Positions 28,563-39,075 of a DNA stretch of 64,000 nt are shown here, piece after piece. Position 1 is the first letter of the stretch, and each line of letters opens with the position of its first letter. The notes beneath the pieces are model-generated. The model did not search any database and was not told where the DNA came from. It saw nothing but the letters and a program-made list of their open reading frames with translations. The position numbers were made by a program, and so were the translations under genes. Source of the DNA: Oscillospiraceae bacterium (GTDB lineage: Bacteria; Bacillota; Clostridia; Oscillospirales; Oscillospiraceae); the NCBI GenBank assembly GCA_020025545.1, contig JAHHRX010000005.1, positions 29,691 to 93,690 on the forward strand, in the 5' to 3' direction.

Positions 28563-29432
28563 TTATTCCTCAGCTTCCTTTGCTTCCTCGGCTGCTTCCC
28601 GGGCTGCTACCTGATTTACAAAGAGGTTGGCTTTGTCATGCTTGCGGTACATCATAAACATCAGCACCGCCGCAGCCGCCACGCAGCTGACTGCTGCCAG
28701 CACCTGGCTGACCCGGAAGGGGCCCCAGTACAGGCTGTCCGTCCGCAGGCCTTCGATAATGGCTCTTCCGAGGCCATACCAAAGCACATAACCCAAAGCA
28801 ATCTGTCCGTCATACTGACGGCGTTTGGAGAGAAAATGCAGAATCACAAAACCTGTCAGATTCCACACGGATTCATAAAGGAAGGTGGGATGGTGGAATT
28901 CCACGGTACGGGTCACGGTGTTATAAAGTCCCATCCGCAGGAAAGATTCTGTAGGGCCGCCGAAGGCTTCCCGGTTGAAGAAATTGCCCCACCGTCCGAT
29001 GCTCTGTCCGATCAGAAAGCCCAGCGTAGTAAGATCCAGAACGGCAGCGGTCTTGATTTTGCGCACCTTGCAGAACACAATGACACCGATAACTGCGCCG
29101 ATGACACCGCCGTAGATTGCAAGGCCGCCCTCCCAGATATAGAGGATGCTGATGGGGTTTGCCGCATACTCCTCCCACTTGAAGGCGCAGTAGTAAAGTC
29201 GTGCGCAGAGGATGGCGAAAGGCACAATGTAAAGAACGCCGTCGGTGAGGTCATCGCCCTTGATGCCGAACTGCTTGCACCGCTTCCAGCCGTAGAGCAC
29301 CGCCAGCATCAGGCCAAAGGCGATGATCATGCCGTAGAGGTGGATCGTGAGGGGACCGATGGTGATCTGACGAAGGGGGTCCAGCTCAATGCCCAGTCCC
29401 GGGAATGAGATGATTGTGTAGGAATTGTTCAT
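28563..29432 (-). CDS. lgt: Prolipoprotein diacylglyceryl transferase
   Basis: WEGGLAIYGG, GQSIGRWGNFFNRE and HPTFLYES motifs. Confidence 0.96.
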   Translation of the reverse strand: MNNSYTIISFPGLGIELDPLRQITIGPLTIHLYGMIIAFGLMLAVLYGWKRCKQFGIKGDDLTDGVLYIVPFAILCARLYYCAFKWEEYAANPISILYIWEGGLAIYGGVIGAVIGVIVFCKVRKIKTAAVLDLTTLGFLIGQSIGRWGNFFNREAFGGPTESFLRMGLYNTVTRTVEFHHPTFLYESVWNLTGFVILHFLSKRRQYDGQIALGYVLWYGLGRAIIEGLRTDSLYWGPFRVSQVLAAVSCVAAAAVLMFMMYRKHDKANLFVNQVAAREAAEEAKEAEE

Positions 29433-30718
29433 TATATTTCCTCCTTTTTGTCACAAGGATCCATCACGGAAAGAGCGCAGCGTTCCTTTTTGACCACACG
29501 GCTCAAAAACGCCAGCACCTCATTTTTCGTGATCTCCGCATAAATTTCGGGGAAAGCGAAATAATCAAAGCCGCCCAGATGATAGGCACAGACCCGGAAG
29601 CAGGTGGAATCGAAGCTGTCCAGATCCCGGATTCTGCGGCCCATGGCGCTGCGCTTCATCCGCAGGAAATCGCTGTCCTCCATGCCCTGCTCCAAAATCA
29701 GCGCCGCCTCCGCCAAAATAGCATCCCGGACAGCTTCCGGATCGTCGCTGTCGCCGCCGCAGGTCAGCATGGCACAGCTGTCCACGGTTTCAAAGCCGCC
29801 GCCAAAGGAGGAATCGATGAGCCCCTGCTCATAAAGCCGCAGATACAGGCGGCTGGATTCTCCGAACAGGGCTTCTGCCGCCAGATCTGCCGCAATTTCC
29901 TGACGGACAGCCCCGGCGCCCTTCCCCACAGGCTCACATTTAAATGCCAGCTGGAAGGTAGGCATAGCCACCTCCATCTGCTGACGGACCAGTCCGCAGA
30001 CTGCCGTCACAGGCTCCGGCTGTGCCGGAAGCTTCTCGCCCACAGGCCGCCTTTCGTTTCCCAGCACCTCCCGGGCAATGTGAATCACCTGTTGGCTGTC
30101 TACATCGCCCACCACACACAGCACCATATTCCCGGGGTTATAAAACGCCCGGTGGCACAGATGCAGAAGCTCCGGGGTGATCTGCCGGATGGATTCCCGG
30201 CTGCCGAGGATGGGCAGCCGGATATTGTGCTTTTCGTAAAGGCACTCCATGAGGCTGTCGAAAATCCGGGAGTCCGGCGCATCCTCATTCATGCCGATTT
30301 CCTGATCGATGATGCCCATTTCCCGCTGAACGCTTTCCGCCGGGAAATAGGGGGTGGAAACAAATTCCAGCAGGAGCCGGAGATTTTCTTCAAAATTCTG
30401 GGAGCAGCTGAAGTAATAGGCGGTCATATCGTAGCTGGTAAAGGCATTCACATTTGCTCCCAGCTCCGCGAATTCCCCCGTCACATCCCGGTCGGGCAGC
30501 TCAAACATCTTGTGCTCCAGAAAATGGGCAATGCCCGCAGGCATATGATATTCCTGTCCCTCAAGACGGAAATCCTGATGAACAGAGCCGAAATCCGTGA
30601 TAAAATAGGCAAGCTTCTTCTGAAATCCCGGACGGGGCACGATCTTGACCGTCAGGCCGTTGGGGCAGGTGAAGCTGTGAAGGGTCTCCCCCAGATGGGG
30701 ATATTCGGTAACGGTCAT
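29432..30718 (-). CDS. M16 family zinc peptidase (YmfH-like)
   Basis: GIAHFLEHKMF (HxxEH) and NAFTS motifs. Confidence 0.9.
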   Translation of the reverse strand: MTVTEYPHLGETLHSFTCPNGLTVKIVPRPGFQKKLAYFITDFGSVHQDFRLEGQEYHMPAGIAHFLEHKMFELPDRDVTGEFAELGANVNAFTSYDMTAYYFSCSQNFEENLRLLLEFVSTPYFPAESVQREMGIIDQEIGMNEDAPDSRIFDSLMECLYEKHNIRLPILGSRESIRQITPELLHLCHRAFYNPGNMVLCVVGDVDSQQVIHIAREVLGNERRPVGEKLPAQPEPVTAVCGLVRQQMEVAMPTFQLAFKCEPVGKGAGAVRQEIAADLAAEALFGESSRLYLRLYEQGLIDSSFGGGFETVDSCAMLTCGGDSDDPEAVRDAILAEAALILEQGMEDSDFLRMKRSAMGRRIRDLDSFDSTCFRVCAYHLGGFDYFAFPEIYAEITKNEVLAFLSRVVKKERCALSVMDPCDKKEEI

Positions 30719-31980
30719 TGGCTGCCTCCTTTCAGAAAATAGACGGTGTGGAGCCGCAGACTTGCGGCAGCCTCCGCCACCTGTTCCACCGTGACGGCCT
30801 CCACCCGGCGGCCGTACTCCTCCACCGTCATGGGAAATCCGCTGATGGCGGCAGTGCCATAGAATCCCTCGATGGCTCCCGGAGAATCATGGAGGGTCCT
30901 CAGAGAGGAAAGCATGGCTTCCTTGGCAGATGTCAGCTCCCCGGGCGTAATCTCTCCCCGGCAGCAGGCATCCAGCTGCGCCATGATTTCCCGGCGGGTC
31001 ACTTCCTCCTTGTCCGCATCGATACCGGCGGACACCGTCAGGATTCCCTTGCTGCCATAGTAGCCGGAGCCGATGGAATAGCACAGGGACAGCTTTTCCC
31101 GCACATTCATAAACAGCTTGCTGGTCATGCCTGCGCCGAATACGGTGTTCATCACCTGCATGGCCGTAAATTCCTCCTGCCGGTTGGTGATGGGGGTTAC
31201 AAAGCCCATGTTGAGCTTTGCCTGCGCCACATCCATGATTTCGGTTTTTTCCGTTCCCTGCGTATCGTGGAACGGCGTCTGAGGCGGCATGGGCATAACG
31301 CTGCGTACAAGCCCGGCAAACATCTTTTTCACCAGCGCCGCCACCTGCTCCATGGGGGCAGAGCCTACATAAAATACTTCCACAGGGCTTTCTCTCAGCA
31401 CCTTTTCATAGTGGGCATAGAGCATCCCGGGGGTGATGGCCGCCATATCCTCTTTTTCCCCCAGACGGGGCACACCGAAGGAATCCTCCCGGCACATGAT
31501 CGTGAGAAGCTGTCCGGCAGCATAGATCCGTTTATCGTTGCGCTGGGCTTCTATGGCGGATATGATATTTTTCTTTTCGCTTTCCACATATTCCTCCCGG
31601 AATACGCCGTCCTCCAGCAGAGGTCTGCGCAGCAGCTCCCCGAGGAAATCCATCATCGGCTCCAGAATCCGGTCTCCTTTCAGGGCGAACCGATCCTCCA
31701 TAAAGCCGCAGTAAAGTCCGGTGGTCTGGCAGTCGCCGATTCTGCGCACCATGGCGCTGACCGCCGCACCGTAAAGGTCATCCAGCCGCAGTGTGATGCT
31801 CCGAAGATCCGGATGCTCCTGAGAGCCCCGCAGCAGCACCGAGGGCAGCAGCGCATTCAAGGATGCCTCCTGCCGGTTCATGGGTCTTACAAACTGAATG
31901 CTGACGGCGCTCTGCTTAAATCGCTCTACCGGTGCCCAATGCAAGGTGACACCGGGTATGATTGCTGTTGATTCAACCAT
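30715..31980 (-). CDS. M16 family peptidase-like inactive subunit (YmfF-like)
   Basis: SKLFMNVREKLSLCY motif, no HxxEH; paired with the YmfH-like gene. Confidence 0.88.
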   Translation of the reverse strand: MVESTAIIPGVTLHWAPVERFKQSAVSIQFVRPMNRQEASLNALLPSVLLRGSQEHPDLRSITLRLDDLYGAAVSAMVRRIGDCQTTGLYCGFMEDRFALKGDRILEPMMDFLGELLRRPLLEDGVFREEYVESEKKNIISAIEAQRNDKRIYAAGQLLTIMCREDSFGVPRLGEKEDMAAITPGMLYAHYEKVLRESPVEVFYVGSAPMEQVAALVKKMFAGLVRSVMPMPPQTPFHDTQGTEKTEIMDVAQAKLNMGFVTPITNRQEEFTAMQVMNTVFGAGMTSKLFMNVREKLSLCYSIGSGYYGSKGILTVSAGIDADKEEVTRREIMAQLDACCRGEITPGELTSAKEAMLSSLRTLHDSPGAIEGFYGTAAISGFPMTVEEYGRRVEAVTVEQVAEAAASLRLHTVYFLKGGSQ

Positions 31981-32161
31981 TTGCGCTACTCCTTCAAAGT
32001 ATTCAAAATCACAAGTACCGTTTATTATATACCAGTTTCCCGGAAATAGGAAGTAGGCAACGGAAATTTAACATCTTTGCGGTTGCGATTTTCCCCGCAA
32101 TGGGGTACAATGGGACAAAATGGGGAGTTGTACCCCCCTGTAAATTAAGGAGGCGCCGCTT

Positions 32162-33103
32162 TTGGCTTGGCTTGAAATTACGATCCACACCGCTCCCGAT
32201 TCCATCGACGAAACCGTGGGAATCCTGAGCGCCGCCGGCTTTGCCGACCTTGTGATTGAGGATCAGAACCAGTTCGAGGATTTTCTGGAACAGAATCGGG
32301 CGTACTGGGATTATATTGACGAAGAACTGGAAAAGAAGCTTCAGGGGCTTTCCCGGATCAAGCTCTACCTGCAGCAGGATCAGCACGATGCGCTGGCCCG
32401 GCTCAAGGCACTGGCAGAGGGCAGGTCGCTTCCCGTGACTGTGGAAACCTTGCCGGACACCGACTGGGAGCAGAGCTGGAAAGAAAACTATCCCCCTGTG
32501 GAAGTGGGGGAAAAACTGGTGGTACTGCCCTACTGGCTGGCGCAGGAAAATCACGGCAGCCGTCTGCCGGTGATTCTGGATCCCGGTCTGACCTTCGGCA
32601 CCGGCGCGCACCCCTCCACCCAGATGGTGATGGAGGCCATGGAAGAGCTGGTGCGTCCCGGCAGTCATTGTCTGGATCTCGGCAGCGGCAGCGGTATCCT
32701 TTCCATCACCGCTCTGCGGCTGGGGGCAAAGGACGCCATCGGCGTGGACATTGACCCCAAAGCCGAGGACATTGCCCGGGAGAATGCCGGCTATAACGGC
32801 TTTGCCGCCCCGGAATTTACCGCATTGACAGGAAATGTCACCACCGACACCTCCCTCATGTCCCGGCTGGCCGGAAAGGCCTATGATGTGGTGCTGGTGA
32901 ACATCGTAGCCGATGTGATCATCGGTCTTGCTCCGGTGCTGCCCCGGTTTTTGCAGGAAAACAGCACCCTGATCTGCTCCGGAATTCTGGACACCCGGCT
33001 TGCCGATGTTCAGTCCGCCATTGAAGCCGCAGGGCTTACCGTTTACTCCGTCCGTGCCAAGGAAGATTGGCGCTGCATTACCGCCGGGAGGAAAAAAGCA
33101 TGA
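32162..33103 (+). CDS. prmA: Ribosomal protein L11 methyltransferase
   Basis: DWEQSWK, LDPGLTFGTGAHPST and DLGSGSGILSI motifs; TTG start after AAGGAGG. Confidence 0.95.
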   Translation: MAWLEITIHTAPDSIDETVGILSAAGFADLVIEDQNQFEDFLEQNRAYWDYIDEELEKKLQGLSRIKLYLQQDQHDALARLKALAEGRSLPVTVETLPDTDWEQSWKENYPPVEVGEKLVVLPYWLAQENHGSRLPVILDPGLTFGTGAHPSTQMVMEAMEELVRPGSHCLDLGSGSGILSITALRLGAKDAIGVDIDPKAEDIARENAGYNGFAAPEFTALTGNVTTDTSLMSRLAGKAYDVVLVNIVADVIIGLAPVLPRFLQENSTLICSGILDTRLADVQSAIEAAGLTVYSVRAKEDWRCITAGRKKA

Positions 33104-34143
33104 CGATCCCCTACCGCGTCAGAAAAAACCTGCGCCGTGCAGGCATCACCATACTGGTGCTGTTATGCATAGCCGCTGCTCTGCTGACCGTATGGCTGCT
33201 GTGGCTGAACCGCTACATCATTTACAGGCAAGACGGTGCCCATCTGGATTTCGGGCTGTCTGGCATTGCGCAAAACGGCGAGCCCGCCACCCCTCCGGAG
33301 CCTGCTCCCACGGTTTCCATCCACTACGGTGACGACAAGCCTTCCGATCTGCCTGCCGCCGGCGCCATGGCGCAGCTAAGCGGTCTTTACATCACCCAGG
33401 AGCAGCTGCGCAGCAATCTTGCTGCCGTCCGTGCGGAGGCGGAAAAGCTCCCCGCCGGCAGCACCGTCATGCTGGATGTGAAAAATGTCAAAGGCGAATT
33501 TTTCTATTCCTCCGCCATGGGCCGCAATGCGGGCGGTATTTCGGCAGAAGGGATGGATGATCTTCTGGAGCTTCTGAAATCCCGGGGCTGCTATATCATT
33601 GCAAAAATGCCCGCTTTTCGGGAATACTGGTTCATTCTGGACGACGAATCCGCCAGAGTGCCTCTGGGTCTGCCCAGAAAAGGCGGCAGCGGTGCGCTGT
33701 GGCTGGATAAGTCCGGTCCCAACTACTGGCTGAATCCCGCTGCTGACGGCGCCTTGAATCATATCATCAAGGTCGTCAGCGAACTGCGAAGCAAAGGATT
33801 TTCCGAGGTGCTTTTTACCGACTTCCAGTTCCCCGAAACCGATCAGATCAAATTCGACGGCAATCGGCAGGAAGCCCTCAGCAAGGCGGCAGACACTCTG
33901 GTTAAGGCCTGCGCCGGTCAGAATTTCACCGTTTCCTTTTTGGCGACCTCCGAGCCCATCCCTCTGCCCGAAGGACGCTGCCGGATGTACTTTACCGGCG
34001 TGGAAGCGGCGGACATTGACGCACTGATCCAGAAGCTGGGCTATACCGATCCTGCACGCAAAACCGTGTTTCTGACGGATCGGACCGACACCCGCTACGA
34101 TGCCTACGGCGTTCTGCGGCCTCTCTATGTGCCGGAAAGCTGA
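33100..34143 (+). CDS. Membrane-anchored putative glycoside-hydrolase-like protein (DUF4015-like)
   Basis: N-terminal TM helix and Pro-rich linker; MLDVKN..G, YIIAKMPAFRE, WLNP and GFSEVLF motifs. Confidence 0.6.
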   Translation: MTIPYRVRKNLRRAGITILVLLCIAAALLTVWLLWLNRYIIYRQDGAHLDFGLSGIAQNGEPATPPEPAPTVSIHYGDDKPSDLPAAGAMAQLSGLYITQEQLRSNLAAVRAEAEKLPAGSTVMLDVKNVKGEFFYSSAMGRNAGGISAEGMDDLLELLKSRGCYIIAKMPAFREYWFILDDESARVPLGLPRKGGSGALWLDKSGPNYWLNPAADGALNHIIKVVSELRSKGFSEVLFTDFQFPETDQIKFDGNRQEALSKAADTLVKACAGQNFTVSFLATSEPIPLPEGRCRMYFTGVEAADIDALIQKLGYTDPARKTVFLTDRTDTRYDAYGVLRPLYVPES

Positions 34144-34154
34144 TAAACCCATAC

Positions 34155-34191
34155 AAAAAGCGGCGTGAGAATTCACGCCGCTTTTGATTTT
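34155..34191. terminator. Bidirectional terminator
   Basis: AAAAGCGGCGTGA-gaat-TCACGCCGCTTTT between convergent genes. Confidence 0.8.
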
Positions 34192-34195
34192 TGAA

Positions 34196-35212
34196 TCAGT
34201 CGCCGTAGCCCATGGGGTTTTTGCTCTGCCAGTTCCAGGAATCCCGGCACATATCCTCAAGGCCATACTGCGCCTCCCAGCCCAGAACTTCTCTGCTCTT
34301 GGTGGGGTCTGCATAGCAGGTGGCGATATCGCCGGGGCGGCGATCCACAATCTTATAGGGAAGTGCCACATCGTTGACCTTCTTGAAAGCATTTACCATG
34401 TCCAGCACGCTGTAACCGGTGCCGGTACCCAGATTAAAGACCTCGCAGCCGGTGTGGGCGGTGACAAACTTCACAGCCGCCACATGGCCCTTGGCAAGAT
34501 CCACCACATGGATGTAATCCCGCACGCCGGTACCGTCGTGGGTGTCGTAGTCATTGCCGTAGACGCTGAGAAATTCCCGACGGCCGATGGCCACCTGCGT
34601 AATATAGGGCATCAGGTTGTTGGGGATTCCTCTGGGGTCCTCGCCGATGAGGCCGGACTTGTGGGCACCGATGGGGTTAAAGTAGCGCAGAAGAACGATG
34701 CTCCAATCCTTGTCTGCGTGTGACATGCCGGAGAGTATCTGCTCGGTCATGTACTTAGTCCAGCCGTAGGGGTTGGTACAGTTGCCGGTGCGGCTGGTTT
34801 CCCGCAGGGGCATTTCGTTGTCAGCGGTATATACAGTTGCGGAGGAAGAGAAGATGATATTCTTCATACCCACCTGATTCATAACCTTGGTCAGCACCAG
34901 AGTGGAGTTGAGGTTATTATCATAGTACTTCCACGGCATAGCCACGGATTCGCCTACAGCCTTCAGGCCTGCAAAGTGGATGACACAGCCGATCTCATTT
35001 TCCCGGAAGATTCTAAGAAGCAAAGCTTCGTCCCGTACATCTCCCTCGTAGAACTTGATCTTTCTGCCGGTGAGTTTTTCCACCCGCTCCAGGCTCTTGG
35101 GATTGGAGTTGCACAGATTGTCGATGACGATAACGCCATAGCCGCTTTCCAGCAGTTCAAGGCAGGTATGGGAACCGATATAGCCGGCTCCTCCGGTAAC
35201 AAGAACATTCAT
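34196..35212 (-). CDS. galE: UDP-glucose 4-epimerase
   Basis: TGGAGYIGSH, KAVGES, PYGWTK, LRYFNP and RDYIHV motifs. Confidence 0.97.
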   Translation of the reverse strand: MNVLVTGGAGYIGSHTCLELLESGYGVIVIDNLCNSNPKSLERVEKLTGRKIKFYEGDVRDEALLLRIFRENEIGCVIHFAGLKAVGESVAMPWKYYDNNLNSTLVLTKVMNQVGMKNIIFSSSATVYTADNEMPLRETSRTGNCTNPYGWTKYMTEQILSGMSHADKDWSIVLLRYFNPIGAHKSGLIGEDPRGIPNNLMPYITQVAIGRREFLSVYGNDYDTHDGTGVRDYIHVVDLAKGHVAAVKFVTAHTGCEVFNLGTGTGYSVLDMVNAFKKVNDVALPYKIVDRRPGDIATCYADPTKSREVLGWEAQYGLEDMCRDSWNWQSKNPMGYGD

Positions 35213-35385
35213 AGAAACAACCTCCGTTTTTTAATTTCCTTTGTTATATTACCGCCTCCTGAAATAAAATGCAAGTATTGTTCAGAAGAAATGTTTTATC
35301 TTGCTATTTTTCTTTAGCCACAGTATAATGATATGAGGACTGCTTTACGCCCGGCGTAAAGCATCAATTTAGGAGGTTTTTCTCC

Positions 35386-36387
35386 ATGAATACAAAAAAG
35401 AAGATCCTTCTGCTCACCACCGGCGGCACCATTGCATCCCTCGCCGGGGCAGACGGTCTGGAGCCGCACCGTTCCAGCGTCATGGAGCGGGAGCTCAATC
35501 AGCTTAGGACTTACTACCATATCACCGTCCGGGATGTCATGTGTCTGGATTCCTCCAACATCTGCCCCAAGGAATGGAAGCGGATCGCCGAAGCGGTGTT
35601 TGAGCAGCGTCACGGCTTTGACGGCATCGTGGTATCCCACGGAACCGACACCATGGCCTACACTGCCTCCGCCATCTCTTTCATGCTCCAAAACATCGAT
35701 CTGCCGGTAGTGTTCACCGGCTCTCAGCTGCCCCTTGCGGATATGCTTTCCGACGGGCCGGACAATCTGCGTACCGCCTTTGCCATGGCTGCTTCCGGAA
35801 AACCCGGCGTATTTCTGGCCTTTGACCGTAAGGTGATGCTGGGCTGCCGGGCTGTCAAGGTTCGCGCCTCCGGCTTTTCTGCCTTTGAAAGCGTCAATGC
35901 CCGGTATGTGGGCCGTGTCAGCAATCGGGGGCTGGTGCTGGACGAGCGGGTGCTCCCCCGTCCTGCGGGAGAGGCACGGCTGCAAACCCAGCTGTGCGAA
36001 AATGTGTTTCTTCTGAAGCTGACCCCGGGGCTTAACCCGGCAATATTCGATGTGCTTGCCGCCATGGGCTACAAAGGCATCGTCATTGAGGCTTTTGGCC
36101 TCGGCGGCATCAATGTGCTGCATCAGGGACTGAGCAGCATCCACAGAGCCGTGGAAAACGGTATCAGCGTAGTGGTCACCACCCAATGTCTCTACGACAG
36201 CTCCGACCTCCGGGTCTATCAGGTGGGCGGAAAACTGCTTCAGCTGGGCGTGATTCAGGGCAGAGACATGACCTCGGAAGCCGCCATGACAAAGCTCATG
36301 TGGGCTTTGGGGCAAGGCATGGCGCCGGAGGAAATCTGTGCTTTATTCGGCCGGAGCCTTGCCGGTGAGATTACCCCGGAAATCTGA
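35386..36387 (+). CDS. ansA: L-asparaginase type I
   Basis: TTGGTIAS, HGTDTM, TGSQ and DMTSEAA motifs. Confidence 0.93.
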   Translation: MNTKKKILLLTTGGTIASLAGADGLEPHRSSVMERELNQLRTYYHITVRDVMCLDSSNICPKEWKRIAEAVFEQRHGFDGIVVSHGTDTMAYTASAISFMLQNIDLPVVFTGSQLPLADMLSDGPDNLRTAFAMAASGKPGVFLAFDRKVMLGCRAVKVRASGFSAFESVNARYVGRVSNRGLVLDERVLPRPAGEARLQTQLCENVFLLKLTPGLNPAIFDVLAAMGYKGIVIEAFGLGGINVLHQGLSSIHRAVENGISVVVTTQCLYDSSDLRVYQVGGKLLQLGVIQGRDMTSEAAMTKLMWALGQGMAPEEICALFGRSLAGEITPEI

Positions 36388-36427
36388 CTTTTTCCTATTT
36401 TATTCTGATCAGGAGGTTACTTGTTTT

Positions 36428-38038
36428 ATGGATACGATCTATGTTACCGGCCACCGGAATCCGGACACGGATTCTATCGTTGCCGCCATGGCCTACGCCG
36501 CTCTGCGCAATGCCCTGGGCGACCGGGAATACGAAGCCGCCTGTCTGGGCCCCGTTTCCGATGAGACCCAGCTGGTTCTGAACCGCTTCGGCTTTCAGCC
36601 CCCCAAGCGTATTGCCAATATGTACACGCAGGTGCGGGATCTGGAATTTGACCGTCCCCCGGTGTTCTCCGCCGCCGTCACCATGGGCAGAGCATGGAAG
36701 GTGCTTTCCCGCACCCATTCCAAGGCCATCCCCGTTGCCAACGAAGACGGCACCCTTTTCGGTATGCTTTCCCGGGAAGATGTGGCTAACTACAACATGA
36801 GCCTTGTTTCCAGCGGCAGGCTCTCCGATGTTCCTCTTTTCAATGTGCTTTCCGTGCTGGAAGGCAAGGTCATCAATGATGCCGGGGAAAGCATTGACGA
36901 GATTTCCGGCGAAGTGACCATTGCTCTGCCTCAGAGCCGGGAAAATCTGCTGTTCAAATCCCCGGATTCCATTGTGATCTGCGGGCATCAGCCGGATATG
37001 ATCCGCCGTGCTCTGGAAATGAATGTAAACTGTCTGGTACTCTGTCAGGCAGAGCTTGACGAGGATTTGCGGGAAATTCCCACCAACACCTGCATTATTT
37101 CCACCCCCTACGATGCCTATCGGGCCGTGCGGCTCATTTTCCAGTCCACCCCCATCGGGCGGATCTGCCGCTCCACCGATCTTGTGTGCTTCCATTTGGA
37201 GGATCGGGTGGACGATGTGCGGGAGCAGATGTTGAAGCACAGAGATTCCTGCTACCCCATTTTGGACGAGCATGAAATTGTCACCGGCATTCTGACCCGG
37301 TATCATCTGCTCCGCCCCCGCCGCAAGCGGGTGGTTCTGGTGGATCACAACGAGGCTTCCCAGTCCGTTCCCGGTCTGGAAGAGGCCGAGATTCTGGAAA
37401 TCATCGACCACCACCGTCTGGCAGACATCCAGACCACAGCCCCCATTTATGTTCGCAACGAGCCGGTTGGCTCTACCAATACCATCATCGCCAGTATGTT
37501 CCAGGACCGGGGCCTGATGCCCTCGGAAAACATGGCCGGCATGATGGCGGCCGCCATTATTTCCGACACGGTCATGTTTAAGTCCCCCACCTGCACGGAC
37601 CGGGACCGCCGCACTGCCGAGCGCATGGCCCGGATCGCCGATGTATCACTGGAGGAGCTGGGACGGGAAATCTTCTCCGCCGCCACGGATAACAAAAGCG
37701 TCAACGAACTGATGACCACCGACTATAAGGAATTCCATATTGCAGGTCACAATCTGGCAGTTGCCCAGATCACCTGCGTGGACAGCCCCAAAATGCTGGA
37801 ACGGAAGGAAGAATTTCTGGAGCTTATGCGGCACATTGCCGACAAGAAGGATCTGGATCTGGTGATTCTCATGCTGACGGATGTTCTTTTGGAAGGCAGT
37901 CAGCTGGTTTATGTGGGCAAGGACGACACCATTGAACAGGCCTTCGGTGTCACCCCCCGGGATAACACGCTGTTCCTGCCCAGAGTCATGAGCCGGAAAA
38001 AGCAGGTAATTCCCATGCTGTCGGCTCTTTGGGGATAA
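36428..38038 (+). CDS. ppaC: Mn-dependent inorganic pyrophosphatase with CBS-DRTGG insert
   Basis: GHRNPDTDS, LVDHNE, IIDHHR and SRKKQ motifs with a CBS/DRTGG-sized insert. Confidence 0.93.
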   Translation: MDTIYVTGHRNPDTDSIVAAMAYAALRNALGDREYEAACLGPVSDETQLVLNRFGFQPPKRIANMYTQVRDLEFDRPPVFSAAVTMGRAWKVLSRTHSKAIPVANEDGTLFGMLSREDVANYNMSLVSSGRLSDVPLFNVLSVLEGKVINDAGESIDEISGEVTIALPQSRENLLFKSPDSIVICGHQPDMIRRALEMNVNCLVLCQAELDEDLREIPTNTCIISTPYDAYRAVRLIFQSTPIGRICRSTDLVCFHLEDRVDDVREQMLKHRDSCYPILDEHEIVTGILTRYHLLRPRRKRVVLVDHNEASQSVPGLEEAEILEIIDHHRLADIQTTAPIYVRNEPVGSTNTIIASMFQDRGLMPSENMAGMMAAAIISDTVMFKSPTCTDRDRRTAERMARIADVSLEELGREIFSAATDNKSVNELMTTDYKEFHIAGHNLAVAQITCVDSPKMLERKEEFLELMRHIADKKDLDLVILMLTDVLLEGSQLVYVGKDDTIEQAFGVTPRDNTLFLPRVMSRKKQVIPMLSALWG

Positions 38039-38083
38039 AATCCGCCGAAAGAAGCGGCAAAATACGAAATAAGGAGTGGGAAT

Positions 38084-39037
38084 ATGGGCTTTTCCCCCTT
38101 GCTGGGCAACGAGCAATTAAAGCAAAACCTGAAAAACAGTCTTCATAACCGTCATATTTCCCACTTTTATCTGATTTCCGGCCCGAAAGGCTCCGGAAAA
38201 CATACCTTGGCAAAGCTGCTGGCAGCCGCAATTCTGTGCGGCGGTACCGACGCTCCCTGCCTTAAGTGTCATGCCTGCCGGAAAGTCATGGAGAATATGC
38301 ACCCGGATTTCATCACCGTGGACGAACCGGACAAGAAAACCGTCAGCGTTGAGCTGATTCGGCAGGCCCGGTCAGATATTTACATCCGGCCCAACGAATC
38401 CGACTATAAGATCTATCTGTTTCCCCGGGCGCAGGATATGGGCATCCCCGGCCAGAACGCTCTGCTGAAGGTACTGGAGGAGCCCCCGAAATACGGTGTA
38501 TTCATCCTGCTGACGGATAACCCGGAACGGCTTCTGCCCACGGTTCGCTCCCGCTGTACGGAGCTGAATCTTCACGGTCTGCCGAAGGAAATCCTGCTTC
38601 CCGCTCTTCGGAAGGAATTTCCCGACACGGATGAAAAAGTTCTGGAGGCTGCATTCCTGCGCAGCGGCGGATATCTGGGGCAGGCAAAAGCCCTCATTCA
38701 GGAGGGGCTTTCCGTCCCGGAGCAGACACAGCAGCTTGTGGAAGCCTTTTCTGCCCGAAGCCCCATGGGTCTGACGCAGGTTCTGGTTCCCATGGAAAAA
38801 TGGAAACGGGATCAGCTGATCCCCATGCTGGACGGATGGAAGCTTCTTTTTGCCGAAGCTCTTGTGTGCCGCAGCGGCGGAACCTCTCTGAGCCCTCTGG
38901 CGCAGCAGCTTGCCCGCAGCCGCAGTCCTCAGGATCTTTTTGCAGCTGTGCAGCATCTGGAAAAAGCCGCCCTCTATGCCCAGAGCAATGTTTCCCCCGC
39001 CGCTGTCTGCGGTTATCTAAGCTGGGCGCTTCGTTAA
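38084..39037 (+). CDS. holB: DNA polymerase III delta' subunit
   Basis: GPKGSGK, CLKCHAC, HPDF, NALLKVLEEPP and TVRSRC motifs; upstream of ricT/yaaT. Confidence 0.9.
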   Translation: MGFSPLLGNEQLKQNLKNSLHNRHISHFYLISGPKGSGKHTLAKLLAAAILCGGTDAPCLKCHACRKVMENMHPDFITVDEPDKKTVSVELIRQARSDIYIRPNESDYKIYLFPRAQDMGIPGQNALLKVLEEPPKYGVFILLTDNPERLLPTVRSRCTELNLHGLPKEILLPALRKEFPDTDEKVLEAAFLRSGGYLGQAKALIQEGLSVPEQTQQLVEAFSARSPMGLTQVLVPMEKWKRDQLIPMLDGWKLLFAEALVCRSGGTSLSPLAQQLARSRSPQDLFAAVQHLEKAALYAQSNVSPAAVCGYLSWALR

Positions 39038-39075
39038 AAACCCACGGCTTGCGCCGTTAAAATAAGGAGTTTACC

